Assembly: GCA_016217965.1 (NCBI GenBank)
Contig: JACRFI010000016.1
Span: 65,837-129,836 of the forward strand
Direction: 5' to 3'
Origin: Candidatus Kaiserbacteria bacterium
Lineage (GTDB): Bacteria; Patescibacteriota; Minisyncoccia; Phycocordibacterales; UBA2100
Length of the DNA: 64,000 bases
Shown here: piece after piece, positions 26,453 to 35,950 of the stretch
How the letters are laid out: each line of letters begins with the position of its first letter
How positions within the stretch are numbered: the first letter of the stretch is position 1
The notes under the pieces: generated by a model
What the model saw: the letters and a program-made list of their open reading frames with translations, nothing else
Databases searched by the model: none
What the model was told of the DNA's origin: nothing
Translations under genes and position numbers: made by a program

Positions 26453-27142
26453 ATGGCGAGTAGCGTTCGTACAATTCATCCGAACCATACGGCAGTTCCC
26501 AAGAATTTTTGCCGCCTTCCGAGTGGATATGGCGTTGTGAAGGTGGGAGTGTCAGGAGCGGCAGAAACAGGGCATTGTGGGCTTGATGCATTTGAAAAAG
26601 CAAAGGAAGTAGGGCGCGAGATAGCAAAACAGGGCGCCATCATCGTAACTGGCGCGACAACGGGTTTTCCGATGTATGCAGCGATGGGGGCAAAGGATGA
26701 ATGCGGTTTTTCAATTGGGTTTTCTCCGGCATCAACGGAACGCGAGCACGTTGAAGTATATAAATTGCCGCTCGAATATATGGATGTTGTTGTCTACACT
26801 GGCTTTGGCTACGCAGGGCGTGATCTTCTCCTGGTTCGTTCCGCGGACGCAATGGTAATTGGGTGCGGGAGAATTGGCACTATCAATGAATTTGCCGTTT
26901 CCTTTGAAGACAGGCGCCCCATCGGCATCCTCGAAGGCTCGTGGCAGACGGATGAAGAGTTGAGGCGCATCATCGATGCAGCGCACCGCCCGAACGACAA
27001 GATATATTTCGATTCCGACCCGAAGGCACTCGTTGAGCGCCTCATCGAACGCGTCATGAAAGACAAGGAGGAACTTAATCTTGTATTCAAGAATTACGAT
27101 GGCTGGAGCGCCACCGGGAAGGGGGCAGAGGTTATCCTCTAG
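26453..27142 (+). CDS. LOG/TIGR00725-family Rossmann-fold protein
   Basis: VKVGVSGAAETGHC...AKEVGREIAKQGAIIVTGATTG...AAMGAKDECGFSIGF. Confidence 0.55.
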   Translation: MASSVRTIHPNHTAVPKNFCRLPSGYGVVKVGVSGAAETGHCGLDAFEKAKEVGREIAKQGAIIVTGATTGFPMYAAMGAKDECGFSIGFSPASTEREHVEVYKLPLEYMDVVVYTGFGYAGRDLLLVRSADAMVIGCGRIGTINEFAVSFEDRRPIGILEGSWQTDEELRRIIDAAHRPNDKIYFDSDPKALVERLIERVMKDKEELNLVFKNYDGWSATGKGAEVIL

Positions 27143-27150
27143 ACAACTTG

Positions 27151-27173
27151 TTTTGCCAAGCGGGCAAAAGCTT
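27151..27173. terminator. bidirectional hairpin terminator between convergent genes
   Basis: GUUUUGCCaagcgGGCAAAAGC with a 7-bp stem. It lies between the LOG-like gene and rplT. Confidence 0.5.
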
Positions 27174-27248
27174 CTGGATGGTCCTTCGCGAGCGCCGCGA
27201 CCCCAGTACCACAGCACTGCGCGCTGGCTACGGGGCGAGATGTGCCAA

Positions 27249-27599
27249 CTAAGAGACTATCTGCTCAGCCAAACGTTTGAAAGCCTCTGGGTGTGTCATT
27301 GCCAATGTGGACAGAGATTTCCTATCAAGCGCAATGTTCTTTTTCTTGAGTGCGCCGATGAATTTGCTGTATGAAGGAAAACCGCCCTCCCGAAGGGCTG
27401 CGTTAAGGCGAAGTGTCCAAAGCTGCCTAAATTCACGTTTTTTCGTGCGGCGGTGGCGGAACGCATGCACTCCGGCATGCATAATGGCTTCTTTTGCTAC
27501 GCGTTCTTTTGACTTTCTCCCGAAGCGATAGCCTTTTGTCTGCGCAAGGATATTCTTGCGGCGCTTATTCTTCTGTGTACCTCGTTTAACGCGTGCCAT
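27249..27599 (-). CDS. rplT: 50S ribosomal protein L20
   Basis: MARVKRGTQKNKRRKNILAQTKGYRF... Confidence 0.95.
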   Translation of the reverse strand: MARVKRGTQKNKRRKNILAQTKGYRFGRKSKERVAKEAIMHAGVHAFRHRRTKKREFRQLWTLRLNAALREGGFPSYSKFIGALKKKNIALDRKSLSTLAMTHPEAFKRLAEQIVS

Positions 27600-27639
27600 A
27601 AAATTATGAGAATTTTACCCTGAGCTTGTCGAAGGGTTG

Positions 27640-27825
27640 TTAATTCAAGTATCTGCTTTTTGCAGTAGCGTCCATCGCTGTGCGCAAACCTGTGGCCCGT
27701 GCGCGGCGCTGTCTCTCTCCGCCGCTTCTCTTTGCATTGAAATGGTTGTGGCCAGGGACTCGAGCGACTATCTTGCCCTTTTTGGTTACTCGCAGTCTCT
27801 TTGAATATGATTTGTTGCCTTTCAT
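27640..27825 (-). CDS. rpmI: 50S ribosomal protein L35
   Basis: A 61-aa basic protein between infC and rplT, the classic infC-rpmI-rplT operon position. Confidence 0.85.
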   Translation of the reverse strand: MKGNKSYSKRLRVTKKGKIVARVPGHNHFNAKRSGGERQRRARATGLRTAMDATAKSRYLN

Positions 27826-28439
27826 ATTGATTCTTCTTGGGACACAGGAACACCAGCTTCCGGCTTCGCAGCCTGAGGCTTTGAAGTGGGCTTTTTCGAA
27901 GGGTCCTTTTCGATGACTATCGAGAGGCCCTTAGGGCTTTTCCGTATCTCGTCGGCTACTTTATACGATTCCGGGATGATTGCAAGGAAGCGTTCCAATC
28001 GTTCCTTGAGGAAATTGAAGTCCATATACTTGTACCTTCCCCATAAAAAGAGGTCTATTTTGACGCGGTGGCCCTCTCGAAGCCACACCCCTATCTTCGA
28101 CGCCTTGATGTTCATGTCGTTCGTCGAGGTTCCTATCTTGACCTGCGCCTCCTTTGTCTCGGACACGCGCACTTTTGACTTCACCTCCTTGTCTTTTTTC
28201 TTCTGCTCGTACTTATGTTTTCCATAGTCTGCGATTTTCGCGACGGGCGGATTCGCGTTCGGAGAGACCTCGATGAGATCAAGCCCGGCCTCGCGAGCTT
28301 TTTTCAAAGCTTCCTCTATAGGAATTACGCCGTAGTTCTCGCCGTTAGGGCCGAGCACGCGCACTTCGCGAGCGCGGATGCCCTCGTTCATGCGCACGCG
28401 CTCTTCCTGCTTTTGTGTCGTGTACTTAGTGAATCCCAT
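27822..28439 (-). CDS. infC: translation initiation factor IF-3 (true start probably a non-AUG codon inside this ORF)
   Basis: ...NEGIRAREVRVLGPNGENYGVIPIEEALKKAREAGLDLIEVSPNANPPVAKI... with a Lys-rich linker. It overlaps rpmI by 4 nt. Confidence 0.85.
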   Translation of the reverse strand: MGFTKYTTQKQEERVRMNEGIRAREVRVLGPNGENYGVIPIEEALKKAREAGLDLIEVSPNANPPVAKIADYGKHKYEQKKKDKEVKSKVRVSETKEAQVKIGTSTNDMNIKASKIGVWLREGHRVKIDLFLWGRYKYMDFNFLKERLERFLAIIPESYKVADEIRKSPKGLSIVIEKDPSKKPTSKPQAAKPEAGVPVSQEESI

Positions 28440-28572
28440 TAGTTGAGGGAGTATACCCCGTGAGATAGGAAGTGTACAGTTGGTTAACGACGTATTGCAT
28501 GCAAAACAGAATTACTTCGAGAGAAGATTTTGGCGCTTTTATCTCATGGGGTATAGCACGAGGGAGCGAATA

Positions 28573-29832
28573 CTACTCTGCGTAGAAGTCGCCACCCTCT
28601 CCTTGTAGAGAGGCTCGCAGGCTGAATGGCCGCAACATTTCAAGAGCCCACAAGAGCCGCTCTTTCATATCCGCCAGGTAAAAAAGCACATCCTGTCTCG
28701 TTTCCGAGGTTCCGAGAGAAGGGAATGATAGGTCGGAAGAAATAAAAGTTTGCGTCGGGTGGTAAGCCCAAGAGGTACTTGCCTGAAGGCTCGATGATGA
28801 TGTCTTCTGCGTTCCACTCATGATGCTGCCTTTATCTTTTCCATCTATGAATATAGGCACACTCGTCGCGATGTCGCTTGCTGAGCCGATTGTCGAAGTG
28901 CCGTACGCAAGCTCGAGCAATTTGTCTGCAATGGAGGAACCTTTTTGTCCGGAAGTCTCGTCATCCAAAAAGTCATCGAAGGATGAACCGGTTCCAACTT
29001 TTGTTTTTGATGTTGTGCCTATCTCTCCGGGCAAGAGGGTAGTGCCCGCCGTATCGTTTGCGGGAACCGATTGGGCTCCTTGGAAATAGTTCAGGGGCTG
29101 CTGGCTCTGTTGGAGTTGCTGTTGCGGCATTTGTTGCTGGGGTTGTTGTTGCGGCTGCTCAAGGCCAAGCGCTTGCCGTAGGGATTGGCCGAGGGATTGG
29201 GGTCCGCCTCCACTACCGCTTGGCACATTTGTAAGTTCTCCCCCTGGACCTCCAGAGCACGCGCCGCATTGACCAAAAATACCACGCATATCCTGAAAAT
29301 GTCCGGGGTCCCACCCGCCAGGCCCTGTTATTGGCCTAAGGCCAAAGTTACGCGAATTTGCATGCATCCATTGCAAGTTTGCCTTCGAGTTAAAGTCAGC
29401 GGCGAGTCCGTATTGATGATACGAGCCACATGGGCCAACTTTTGTACTCCCCCGCGGAAGCCTTGCTTGTGCCTGCGGGCTTCTATATCCGTCGGTGATT
29501 ATCGGTGGACCACCTGGCGCCGCTTCCATGAACGCTTTCAATTTTTTTGCGAATTCTGGCTCGAAACATGCAACCTGAACATTTTTCGCTGCGTGTTTAG
29601 CTAGCCATTGTTTTACCTCGCCGGCGTCTTTGCCAATGTTTGGGTCGCTCGGGTTCCACAGCTGTCCAACTTTTGGGTCCTTGTATCCCGCATAGCGCAT
29701 AAGAGGGATATCCGCCTCTGTCGCAGGAACACCGAGTGGGTTAGCTGCGAAAGCGCTGTATGGCACAGCAATCGCAATTACAAAGAGAGCGGTTACGGAT
29801 GCCACAGCGCCACTGCTTCTCCTCAACTCCAT
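28573..29832 (-). CDS. secreted peptidase M15 (VanY/LAS-fold D,D-peptidase-like) with Gln/Pro-rich linker and C-terminal domain
   Basis: Signal peptide. Motifs TDGYRSPQAQARL (SxYRS..Q) and GSYHQYGLAADF (SxHxxGxAxD). A poly-Q/P linker and a C-terminal domain are shared with the neighbour. Confidence 0.6.
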   Translation of the reverse strand: MELRRSSGAVASVTALFVIAIAVPYSAFAANPLGVPATEADIPLMRYAGYKDPKVGQLWNPSDPNIGKDAGEVKQWLAKHAAKNVQVACFEPEFAKKLKAFMEAAPGGPPIITDGYRSPQAQARLPRGSTKVGPCGSYHQYGLAADFNSKANLQWMHANSRNFGLRPITGPGGWDPGHFQDMRGIFGQCGACSGGPGGELTNVPSGSGGGPQSLGQSLRQALGLEQPQQQPQQQMPQQQLQQSQQPLNYFQGAQSVPANDTAGTTLLPGEIGTTSKTKVGTGSSFDDFLDDETSGQKGSSIADKLLELAYGTSTIGSASDIATSVPIFIDGKDKGSIMSGTQKTSSSSLQASTSWAYHPTQTFISSDLSFPSLGTSETRQDVLFYLADMKERLLWALEMLRPFSLRASLQGEGGDFYAE

Positions 29833-29861
29833 GCGCCTGAATTATAGCAGCGATTCTAGAG

Positions 29862-31130
29862 TCACTCTGAGAATTCATCGGGTTCAACAGATATAGTGCG
29901 CAAGCTGAATGGGCGCAGTATTTCGAGCGCCGCAAGGAGGCGTGCACGCATGTCTCTCAAGAATACAAGAATGTCGTTTTGTGCGACTCCATTTCCTCCG
30001 CGATAACTTAGATCGCCTGAAACGAATGTCTGCGTAGGGTGAAGTGTATCTTTCTCGCCCAGCGAGGACGAAGTTGAAGAAGTGGTCGTTCCGGATTTAC
30101 CGGAACTTTTCAACCCAGCAGAATCTTTTTCCGAAACGAAAATCGGCACGCTTGTAGCGATTTCTGTGGAAGACATGAGGCTTGATGTCCCGTATGCGAG
30201 CGCCATAAGCTGGTCGCCAATTGAAGGTTTTGTATCTTCGAATTGCACTCCCTCGTCGGTACTAAGAGGAGAACTTGATATCGGCACGGAACTTCCAATC
30301 GGCGTTACTGTATTGCCAGGGCTGCCAGATGTTGGCGTTCCTGTAAGCCCAGGTTGTCCCGCTTGTTGAGGTGCTGCTTGCTGCGGTTGAAAGTACTGTG
30401 TTGGTTGTTGTACCGCTTGCGCAGGTTGTGGAGGTATCGCGGGTTGCGCTTGTGGCTGAGGTTGGTCGAGCCCCATCGCTTGACGCAGTGAATCCCCCAA
30501 TCCAGAAGTGGGTGATGTATTCGCGGGAGCGCCGCCGTCCGGCTGTGTTCCGCTGACAGAACCATTTGGTTCTATGTGCCACGGTTCGTGGCCCATTCGG
30601 AATGTGAGTCCGAACGATGCGGCATCGCCTCGAGCACCACCGGGCACATTACATAGATCCGCCGCTAGTCCCTTGTTGTGCATGGATGAACCCGGCGGGG
30701 CCACCCATTTTCGTGCAGCCGACGCGCTTCCATATTTTTGCAATGCTTGGTTCCACAAAACTGTCTGGGTAGCGACGGATCTATATGCGCTAATGATACA
30801 AACACTCGGATATTTTTTTATGAATTTGGATAAGCGGCACGCAAAATCTGAATTGAGTTTTGTTATCCCCGCCTGCCCCTCCTTTGAGCTCTGTGCTCCG
30901 GGTTTGTACTTGGTAAGTAGAAAAGCATACGGGCTTTCCCCACATCCGCCTCGTAGTTGGGACAATTCTTTATCGGTAGTTTTCTCTCCCTTTAATCCCA
31001 ATAGTTGCAGTTCTTGTTTTTCCGCGGCAGTTGGGTCGCGCATGTCCCCAGCAGCGGCAAGTACGAATACGGGCAACGACACGACCGCGATTGCGAGCAT
31101 CGACAGGTGGGCGAAGACATGGGACATCAC
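29862..31130 (-). CDS. secreted peptidase M15-like, tandem paralog
   Basis: Signal peptide. Motifs SAYRSVATQTVL, GSSMHNKGLAADL and HEPWH. The Q/P-rich linker and the C-terminal domain end ...LRPFSLR as in the paralog. Confidence 0.6.
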   Translation of the reverse strand: MMSHVFAHLSMLAIAVVSLPVFVLAAAGDMRDPTAAEKQELQLLGLKGEKTTDKELSQLRGGCGESPYAFLLTKYKPGAQSSKEGQAGITKLNSDFACRLSKFIKKYPSVCIISAYRSVATQTVLWNQALQKYGSASAARKWVAPPGSSMHNKGLAADLCNVPGGARGDAASFGLTFRMGHEPWHIEPNGSVSGTQPDGGAPANTSPTSGLGDSLRQAMGLDQPQPQAQPAIPPQPAQAVQQPTQYFQPQQAAPQQAGQPGLTGTPTSGSPGNTVTPIGSSVPISSSPLSTDEGVQFEDTKPSIGDQLMALAYGTSSLMSSTEIATSVPIFVSEKDSAGLKSSGKSGTTTSSTSSSLGEKDTLHPTQTFVSGDLSYRGGNGVAQNDILVFLRDMRARLLAALEILRPFSLRTISVEPDEFSE

Positions 31131-31180
31131 ATGTGATTATAGCCCTCTTTGTTCTCCGGGTTGGCTTGATTGGGGACAGG

Positions 31181-31954
31181 CTACGGTAAGCTCTCGCACA
31201 CGACTCCATCCTTATCGCTATCGAGCTTATGCACGTCATTTGCGTTTCCGCCACAGCTCTCGAACGCTGCCTGTGCTTCTTTTTGCATGGAAAAGCTTGC
31301 ACAGTTATAGGTGTTTGCGGCGCATTCATACGCGCCACTTTTCGGCGCGGGCGTTACGGTAGATTGCTGCGTGGGGGCGCGAGTAGATTCAAGCGCACAC
31401 GCATCATCTGCCCACAACCCTTTCTTCTCTTGTCGCGCTGCTTTCTCCGCAGCCTTGAATTGCGTTTGGTATTTGTATGGCAGGTTGTAGGTGTACTCGT
31501 GCCCGAATCCTTCAGCAATCATGTATTCATTGAATAGGGTGCCATTCGGCAAGTATACGTAGGCGAGTACGCGGTTGTACTTGTCGAATTTTCCTTGGGA
31601 CGCGTCTGTTTCTATTGTGACATTCTGGCCTGATAATAATTCTTTTGCCATGAGAGATGCTTCGACGCCAAAGCATTGCACGGGTTTTCTCGGGTCCGAG
31701 GTTTCTGGCGTGTCGAGCCCGATAAGCCGCAACGTCGTGTTCTTTCCATTCATCTCGATGGCAAGCGTGTCGCCATCAATGACTTTTAAAACCCGATAAC
31801 GCTGAACTGAATCTTGCTTTGCCGCTAGTACCGTGGAGCTTGCTGCTTCCGACGAATGTGGCGTACTCTGCGGCGCCTCGTGCTCGGGTTTCATCGTAAA
31901 TACAAACGCAGTTAGCACAATCAAAACCGCACCAACGAGCAAGGCGAATCGCAT
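31181..31954 (-). CDS. secreted thermonuclease (SNase-like) with C-terminal Excalibur Ca-binding motif
   Basis: Signal/anchor, then VIDGDTL...RLIGLDTPE (SNase). The C-terminus has DSDKDGVVCE, the Excalibur DxDxDGxxCE motif. Confidence 0.7.
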   Translation of the reverse strand: MRFALLVGAVLIVLTAFVFTMKPEHEAPQSTPHSSEAASSTVLAAKQDSVQRYRVLKVIDGDTLAIEMNGKNTTLRLIGLDTPETSDPRKPVQCFGVEASLMAKELLSGQNVTIETDASQGKFDKYNRVLAYVYLPNGTLFNEYMIAEGFGHEYTYNLPYKYQTQFKAAEKAARQEKKGLWADDACALESTRAPTQQSTVTPAPKSGAYECAANTYNCASFSMQKEAQAAFESCGGNANDVHKLDSDKDGVVCESLP

Positions 31955-31988
31955 GCGCTTATTGTAGCGCTACTTCGAAACAGCGCGT

Positions 31989-32426
31989 ATGATGCGAAGC
32001 ATGATGATCGAAAAGCTCACTAAGGCAACAGAAGAAGCGCTTGGCGATATCAATGTGCTACTTCGGCAATTGTCGGAACGTGTGCCTCTCTGCACTAGTG
32101 AACTACTCAAAAGTATTGTAGAAAATGATTCACTCGAATTGTGGGTTGCGAAGGATGGAGAGAGAATAGTGGGAATGGGTGAACTTGCTATCGTTCGCAA
32201 GCCGGAAGGCATCATTGCTCAAGCCGAGGATATTGTGGTAGACGAAAAACAGCGTGGGCAAGGGATAGGCAAAATGCTCAGCGAGAAATTGATCGAACGA
32301 GCGCGGGCGCAGGGGGCGCGAGTTATCCAGCTTTCCAGCCGGCCTTCTCGGCTTGCTGCAAATGAGCTCTATCAAAAGCTTGGTTTCAAATCGCACGAAA
32401 CAAATTCCTATTACCTAAATTTGTAG
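31989..32426 (+). CDS. GNAT family N-acetyltransferase
   Basis: ...VDEKQRGQGIGKMLSEKLIERARAQG... Confidence 0.7.
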   Translation: MMRSMMIEKLTKATEEALGDINVLLRQLSERVPLCTSELLKSIVENDSLELWVAKDGERIVGMGELAIVRKPEGIIAQAEDIVVDEKQRGQGIGKMLSEKLIERARAQGARVIQLSSRPSRLAANELYQKLGFKSHETNSYYLNL

Positions 32427-32429
32427 CGC

Positions 32430-33842
32430 ATGCGTTACGTCTCGACACGGGGAAATCCAGGCTCGCGCGCATTCCTCGACATTCTTCTTGAAGGGCTTGC
32501 GCCAGACGGAGGATTATACGTTCCCGAAGAATATCCGAGAATTTCTCAAGGTGAACTGCAGGCGATGCGAGGAATGGGATATTCTGACGTTGCTTTCAAA
32601 ATTCTCTCGAAATTCATTGATGACATTCCTGGGGAAGATCTTAAGAAACTTGTCGATGCGACGTATACGGAAGAAGTTTTTGGCAAGGACATCGTGCCTC
32701 TAAAGGAGTTAGAGCCTGGGTTTTTCATACTTGGGCTTTCGAATGGCCCGACGCTCGCATTTAAAGATATCGCGCTGCAATTCCTCGGCAGGCTTTTCGA
32801 ATACGCGCTCTCTTCTAGTGGGGAGGAACTGAATATTCTTGGTGCGACGTCTGGCGATACCGGCTCTGCCGCAGAGTACGCAATGCGCGGAAGAAAAGGG
32901 GTGCGCGTCTTTATGCTCTCGCCTTATGGGCGCATGAGTGATTTTCAGAGAAAACAGATGTACACGCTCGATGACGCGAATATCTTCAATATCGCAATCA
33001 AAGGCACATTCGATGATTGCCAGGACGCGGTGAAAAAAGTTAATGACGATGCTTCCTTCAAAAAAGAATTCAACCTTGGCGCCGTGAATTCTATAAATTG
33101 GGCGCGCATCGCAGCGCAAGTCGTCTACTACGTGTGGGGGTATTTGAAAGTTTCGAGATCAAACGAAGAACAAGTTTCATTTGCGGTGCCGACGGGGAAT
33201 TTCGGGAACATTCTTGCTGGATATGTTGCAAGAAAAATGGGGGTGCCGATAAAGCAGCTTGTGCTTGCGACGAACGAGAACGATGTTCTCGAAGAGTTTT
33301 TCCGAACGGGCGTGTATCGTCCGAGAAAAGGGAGCGAGGTCGCGGTTACCTCGAGCCCCTCTATGGACATATCGAAAGCTTCGAATTTCGAGCGATACAT
33401 ATTCGATCTCGTGGGGCGTGACGCGGCGCGCATGAGCGAACTGTGGGGAAATCTCACAAATGGCGGCTCATTCAATATTTCACCCCCCGAGATCGAAAAG
33501 ACAAGACAAGATGGATTCGTCGCCGGTTCGAGCACGCATGAAGATAGGCTACGTACCATTAAGAGCGTTTTCGAGCTGTATGGTGTACTTATCGATCCTC
33601 ACACAGCCGACGGACTTCATGTTGGCTTAGAGCATCGGGAGAAAGACATTCCCTTGCTCTGCCTTGAAACGGCGCTCCCTGTTAAATTCGAGGCGACGAT
33701 TCGCGAGGCTGTTGGCAAGAACCCAGAATTGCCGACAGGATACAGGGAACTTGAAGGGAAGAAAGAGCGATTCGAAATACAGGAAGCAGATGCCGAGCGA
33801 ATCAAATCGTTCATACGTGAGCACGTGAATGTGGTATCGTGA
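32430..33842 (+). CDS. thrC: threonine synthase
   Basis: MRYVSTRGNPGSRAFLDILLEGLAPDGGLYVP... and the PLP fold. Confidence 0.9.
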   Translation: MRYVSTRGNPGSRAFLDILLEGLAPDGGLYVPEEYPRISQGELQAMRGMGYSDVAFKILSKFIDDIPGEDLKKLVDATYTEEVFGKDIVPLKELEPGFFILGLSNGPTLAFKDIALQFLGRLFEYALSSSGEELNILGATSGDTGSAAEYAMRGRKGVRVFMLSPYGRMSDFQRKQMYTLDDANIFNIAIKGTFDDCQDAVKKVNDDASFKKEFNLGAVNSINWARIAAQVVYYVWGYLKVSRSNEEQVSFAVPTGNFGNILAGYVARKMGVPIKQLVLATNENDVLEEFFRTGVYRPRKGSEVAVTSSPSMDISKASNFERYIFDLVGRDAARMSELWGNLTNGGSFNISPPEIEKTRQDGFVAGSSTHEDRLRTIKSVFELYGVLIDPHTADGLHVGLEHREKDIPLLCLETALPVKFEATIREAVGKNPELPTGYRELEGKKERFEIQEADAERIKSFIREHVNVVS

Positions 33843-33846
33843 GCCC

Positions 33847-34530
33847 ATGAGAATGGGTATTTCAATAGTCGCTGTCATCATTCTCTCTTTTATTGCATTC
33901 GGGCTGTGGGCATATATGCGCCCGGAACGGGCAGCACAAGTGCCGGAGCAAAAAGAAAAACAAGAAACGCCACAAATACAGTTAACGGAAAAGACGCTTG
34001 AAGAAGAAAACGACGTGTTCAAAGTTTCGATGCGCTACCCACAGTTCGGGATTCCGGCGATAGACACACAGGTACAAGGCCTCGTCACAGATGCGGCTGC
34101 AGAATTCACATCCGACTCGCCGGATACGTTGGTGACGAGTGCAAAGTACGAATTAATGTCTACGTACGACAAGCTCTATGTAGGTGACGGGATGGCAAGC
34201 ACGCGTCTCGCGATCTCCAGTTACATGGGCGGGGCGCATCCGAATACCGGCATAGTGGGGTTGAACTACGAACTCTCGACCGGCAAGCAGCTTTCTTTAA
34301 ACGATGCGCTGTCGATGATAGGAATGACTCTCGGAGAGGTGGCGTCGAAGGCGGATGCAGAACTGTCGAAGACGCTGAGAGAAGCATATTTCAAGGAAGG
34401 AGCAGAGGCGAAAGTGGAGAATTACGAGACGTTCATCGTAAGTGCGGACGCCGTGACGTTTATCTTCCAGCAGTACCAAGTCGCGCCGTATGCGGCGGGC
34501 GTACAGGAGGTTTCGTTCAAGCGAAAATAG
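33847..34530 (+). CDS. membrane-anchored DUF3298/DUF4163-like (RsiV-like) protein
   Basis: TM anchor plus ...SSYMGGAHPNTG.... The start is at an internal ATG after the thrC stop. Confidence 0.5.
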   Translation: MRMGISIVAVIILSFIAFGLWAYMRPERAAQVPEQKEKQETPQIQLTEKTLEEENDVFKVSMRYPQFGIPAIDTQVQGLVTDAAAEFTSDSPDTLVTSAKYELMSTYDKLYVGDGMASTRLAISSYMGGAHPNTGIVGLNYELSTGKQLSLNDALSMIGMTLGEVASKADAELSKTLREAYFKEGAEAKVENYETFIVSADAVTFIFQQYQVAPYAAGVQEVSFKRK

Positions 34531-34544
34531 TTGCGAAACTCTCT

Positions 34545-34660
34545 TTCGGTGCAGGTATTTTTGCCGTCGCTGTCTGGCGTTGCTACGCCAGCGCTCGGTC
34601 TCGGCTGTCCGGGGTCGGCAGACGACGCGCCTGCGAAGACGGCAAAATACCTGCACCTCA
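34545..34660. repeat. long imperfect hairpin: 21-nt arms GGTGCAGGTATTTTTGCCGTC / GACGGCAAAATACCTGCACC flanking about 70 nt of GC-rich sub-hairpins
   Basis: Seen directly in the sequence between the DUF3298 gene and tdh. Confidence 0.55.
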
Positions 34661-34727
34661 GCGAGTCTCGTGGTTAATCATATTTTCAGCGGGGCTGTTG
34701 TTGTATTAAGCGAGCCCTGTTGATACA

Positions 34728-35945
34728 GTGGCAACCATGGCTAAAAAGATGATAAAAGCCCTCACATTCGACACGAAACGAGATGGGTGGGAGAAGAGCA
34801 AGGGGTTCATCATGCGGGAAGTCCCGATGCCTATCCTCGACGAGAAGGAAAATCCCGAAGACGCACTCTCAGTGATCCTCAAGATCCGATACGCAGGTGT
34901 GTGTGGGACGGATAGAGGCATGTGGCATCGCGCCGCGTTCAAGGACCTACTCCACGATTCGCTGCAGCGGGAAGGAAAAACAATGCGCATCAATGGGCAT
35001 GAGTTTGTTGGAGAGGTCGTGGAGATGGGTTCCATGGTGGAACGCCTCTATAACGATCTCGACCCGAAGAATCCCACGAAGATAGAAATCGGTGCGCTCG
35101 TCTCCGGCGATTCACACGTGACATGCGGCCGCTGCTTTCAGTGCCGCATAGGCGAAGGCCATGTATGCATGAATGAAGCGATACTTGGTATTTCGATAGA
35201 CGGCATCTATGCCGAATATGTAAAAGTTCCGGCAAAAAATCTTTGGGCAGTCGATGAAAGCCGCATTCGGCCGGAAATAGCTGCGATCCTCGACCCGTTT
35301 GGAAACGCAGTGCATTCAACAACGGTCGTTGATTATCGCGGCCAACGTGTCGCCATCATGGGCGCGGGGCCAATTGGCATGTTCTCTATTTTGCTCGCGA
35401 AAAGTTTCGGTGCAGCAAAAATAATTGTCGCCGACATCAATCCGGAAAACTTGAAGATGGCCAAAGAGCTCGGTGCGCACGAAACTATTTTGATTGAGAA
35501 AAAAAAGAAAGAGCACGGATGGGAACACGACCCAGAGGTCGTCGATCGCATCACGGAGCTTACGTACGGGAAGGGGGTGGATATTTCGATGGAAATGGCG
35601 GGGCCTGCGTCATCTCTCAATAACTGCATTCTCTCGACCCGCCGGGGTGGCCATGTCATTGCGTTCGGCATAAAAGACGGTGCGATGACAATCCCAAATT
35701 TTTCTCCGAAAGTCATCGTTCGAGGACTGACCATCCATGGCATCATCGGGCGCCGCATTTTCAGCACGTGGCAAATAGCGCAGCGTATGCTTTCCGATAA
35801 AACGAATGGCATACAGGAGAAAATGTGGGACGTTATCCTCAAAAAAGGAAAGGGCACAATTCTCGATTTTACGAAATTCACGCCTGAGAGTTTTGAAAAA
35901 GCGATGGACCAACATCCAAAAGTGATCTTTAAGATCAGCGGCTAA
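34728..35945 (+). CDS. tdh: L-threonine 3-dehydrogenase-like Zn-dependent dehydrogenase
   Basis: GHEFVGEVVEMG..., a Cys cluster CGRCFQCRIGEGHVC, and GAGPIGM Rossmann. It is adjacent to kbl. Confidence 0.75.
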   Translation: MATMAKKMIKALTFDTKRDGWEKSKGFIMREVPMPILDEKENPEDALSVILKIRYAGVCGTDRGMWHRAAFKDLLHDSLQREGKTMRINGHEFVGEVVEMGSMVERLYNDLDPKNPTKIEIGALVSGDSHVTCGRCFQCRIGEGHVCMNEAILGISIDGIYAEYVKVPAKNLWAVDESRIRPEIAAILDPFGNAVHSTTVVDYRGQRVAIMGAGPIGMFSILLAKSFGAAKIIVADINPENLKMAKELGAHETILIEKKKKEHGWEHDPEVVDRITELTYGKGVDISMEMAGPASSLNNCILSTRRGGHVIAFGIKDGAMTIPNFSPKVIVRGLTIHGIIGRRIFSTWQIAQRMLSDKTNGIQEKMWDVILKKGKGTILDFTKFTPESFEKAMDQHPKVIFKISG

Positions 35946-35950
35946 AAAAT

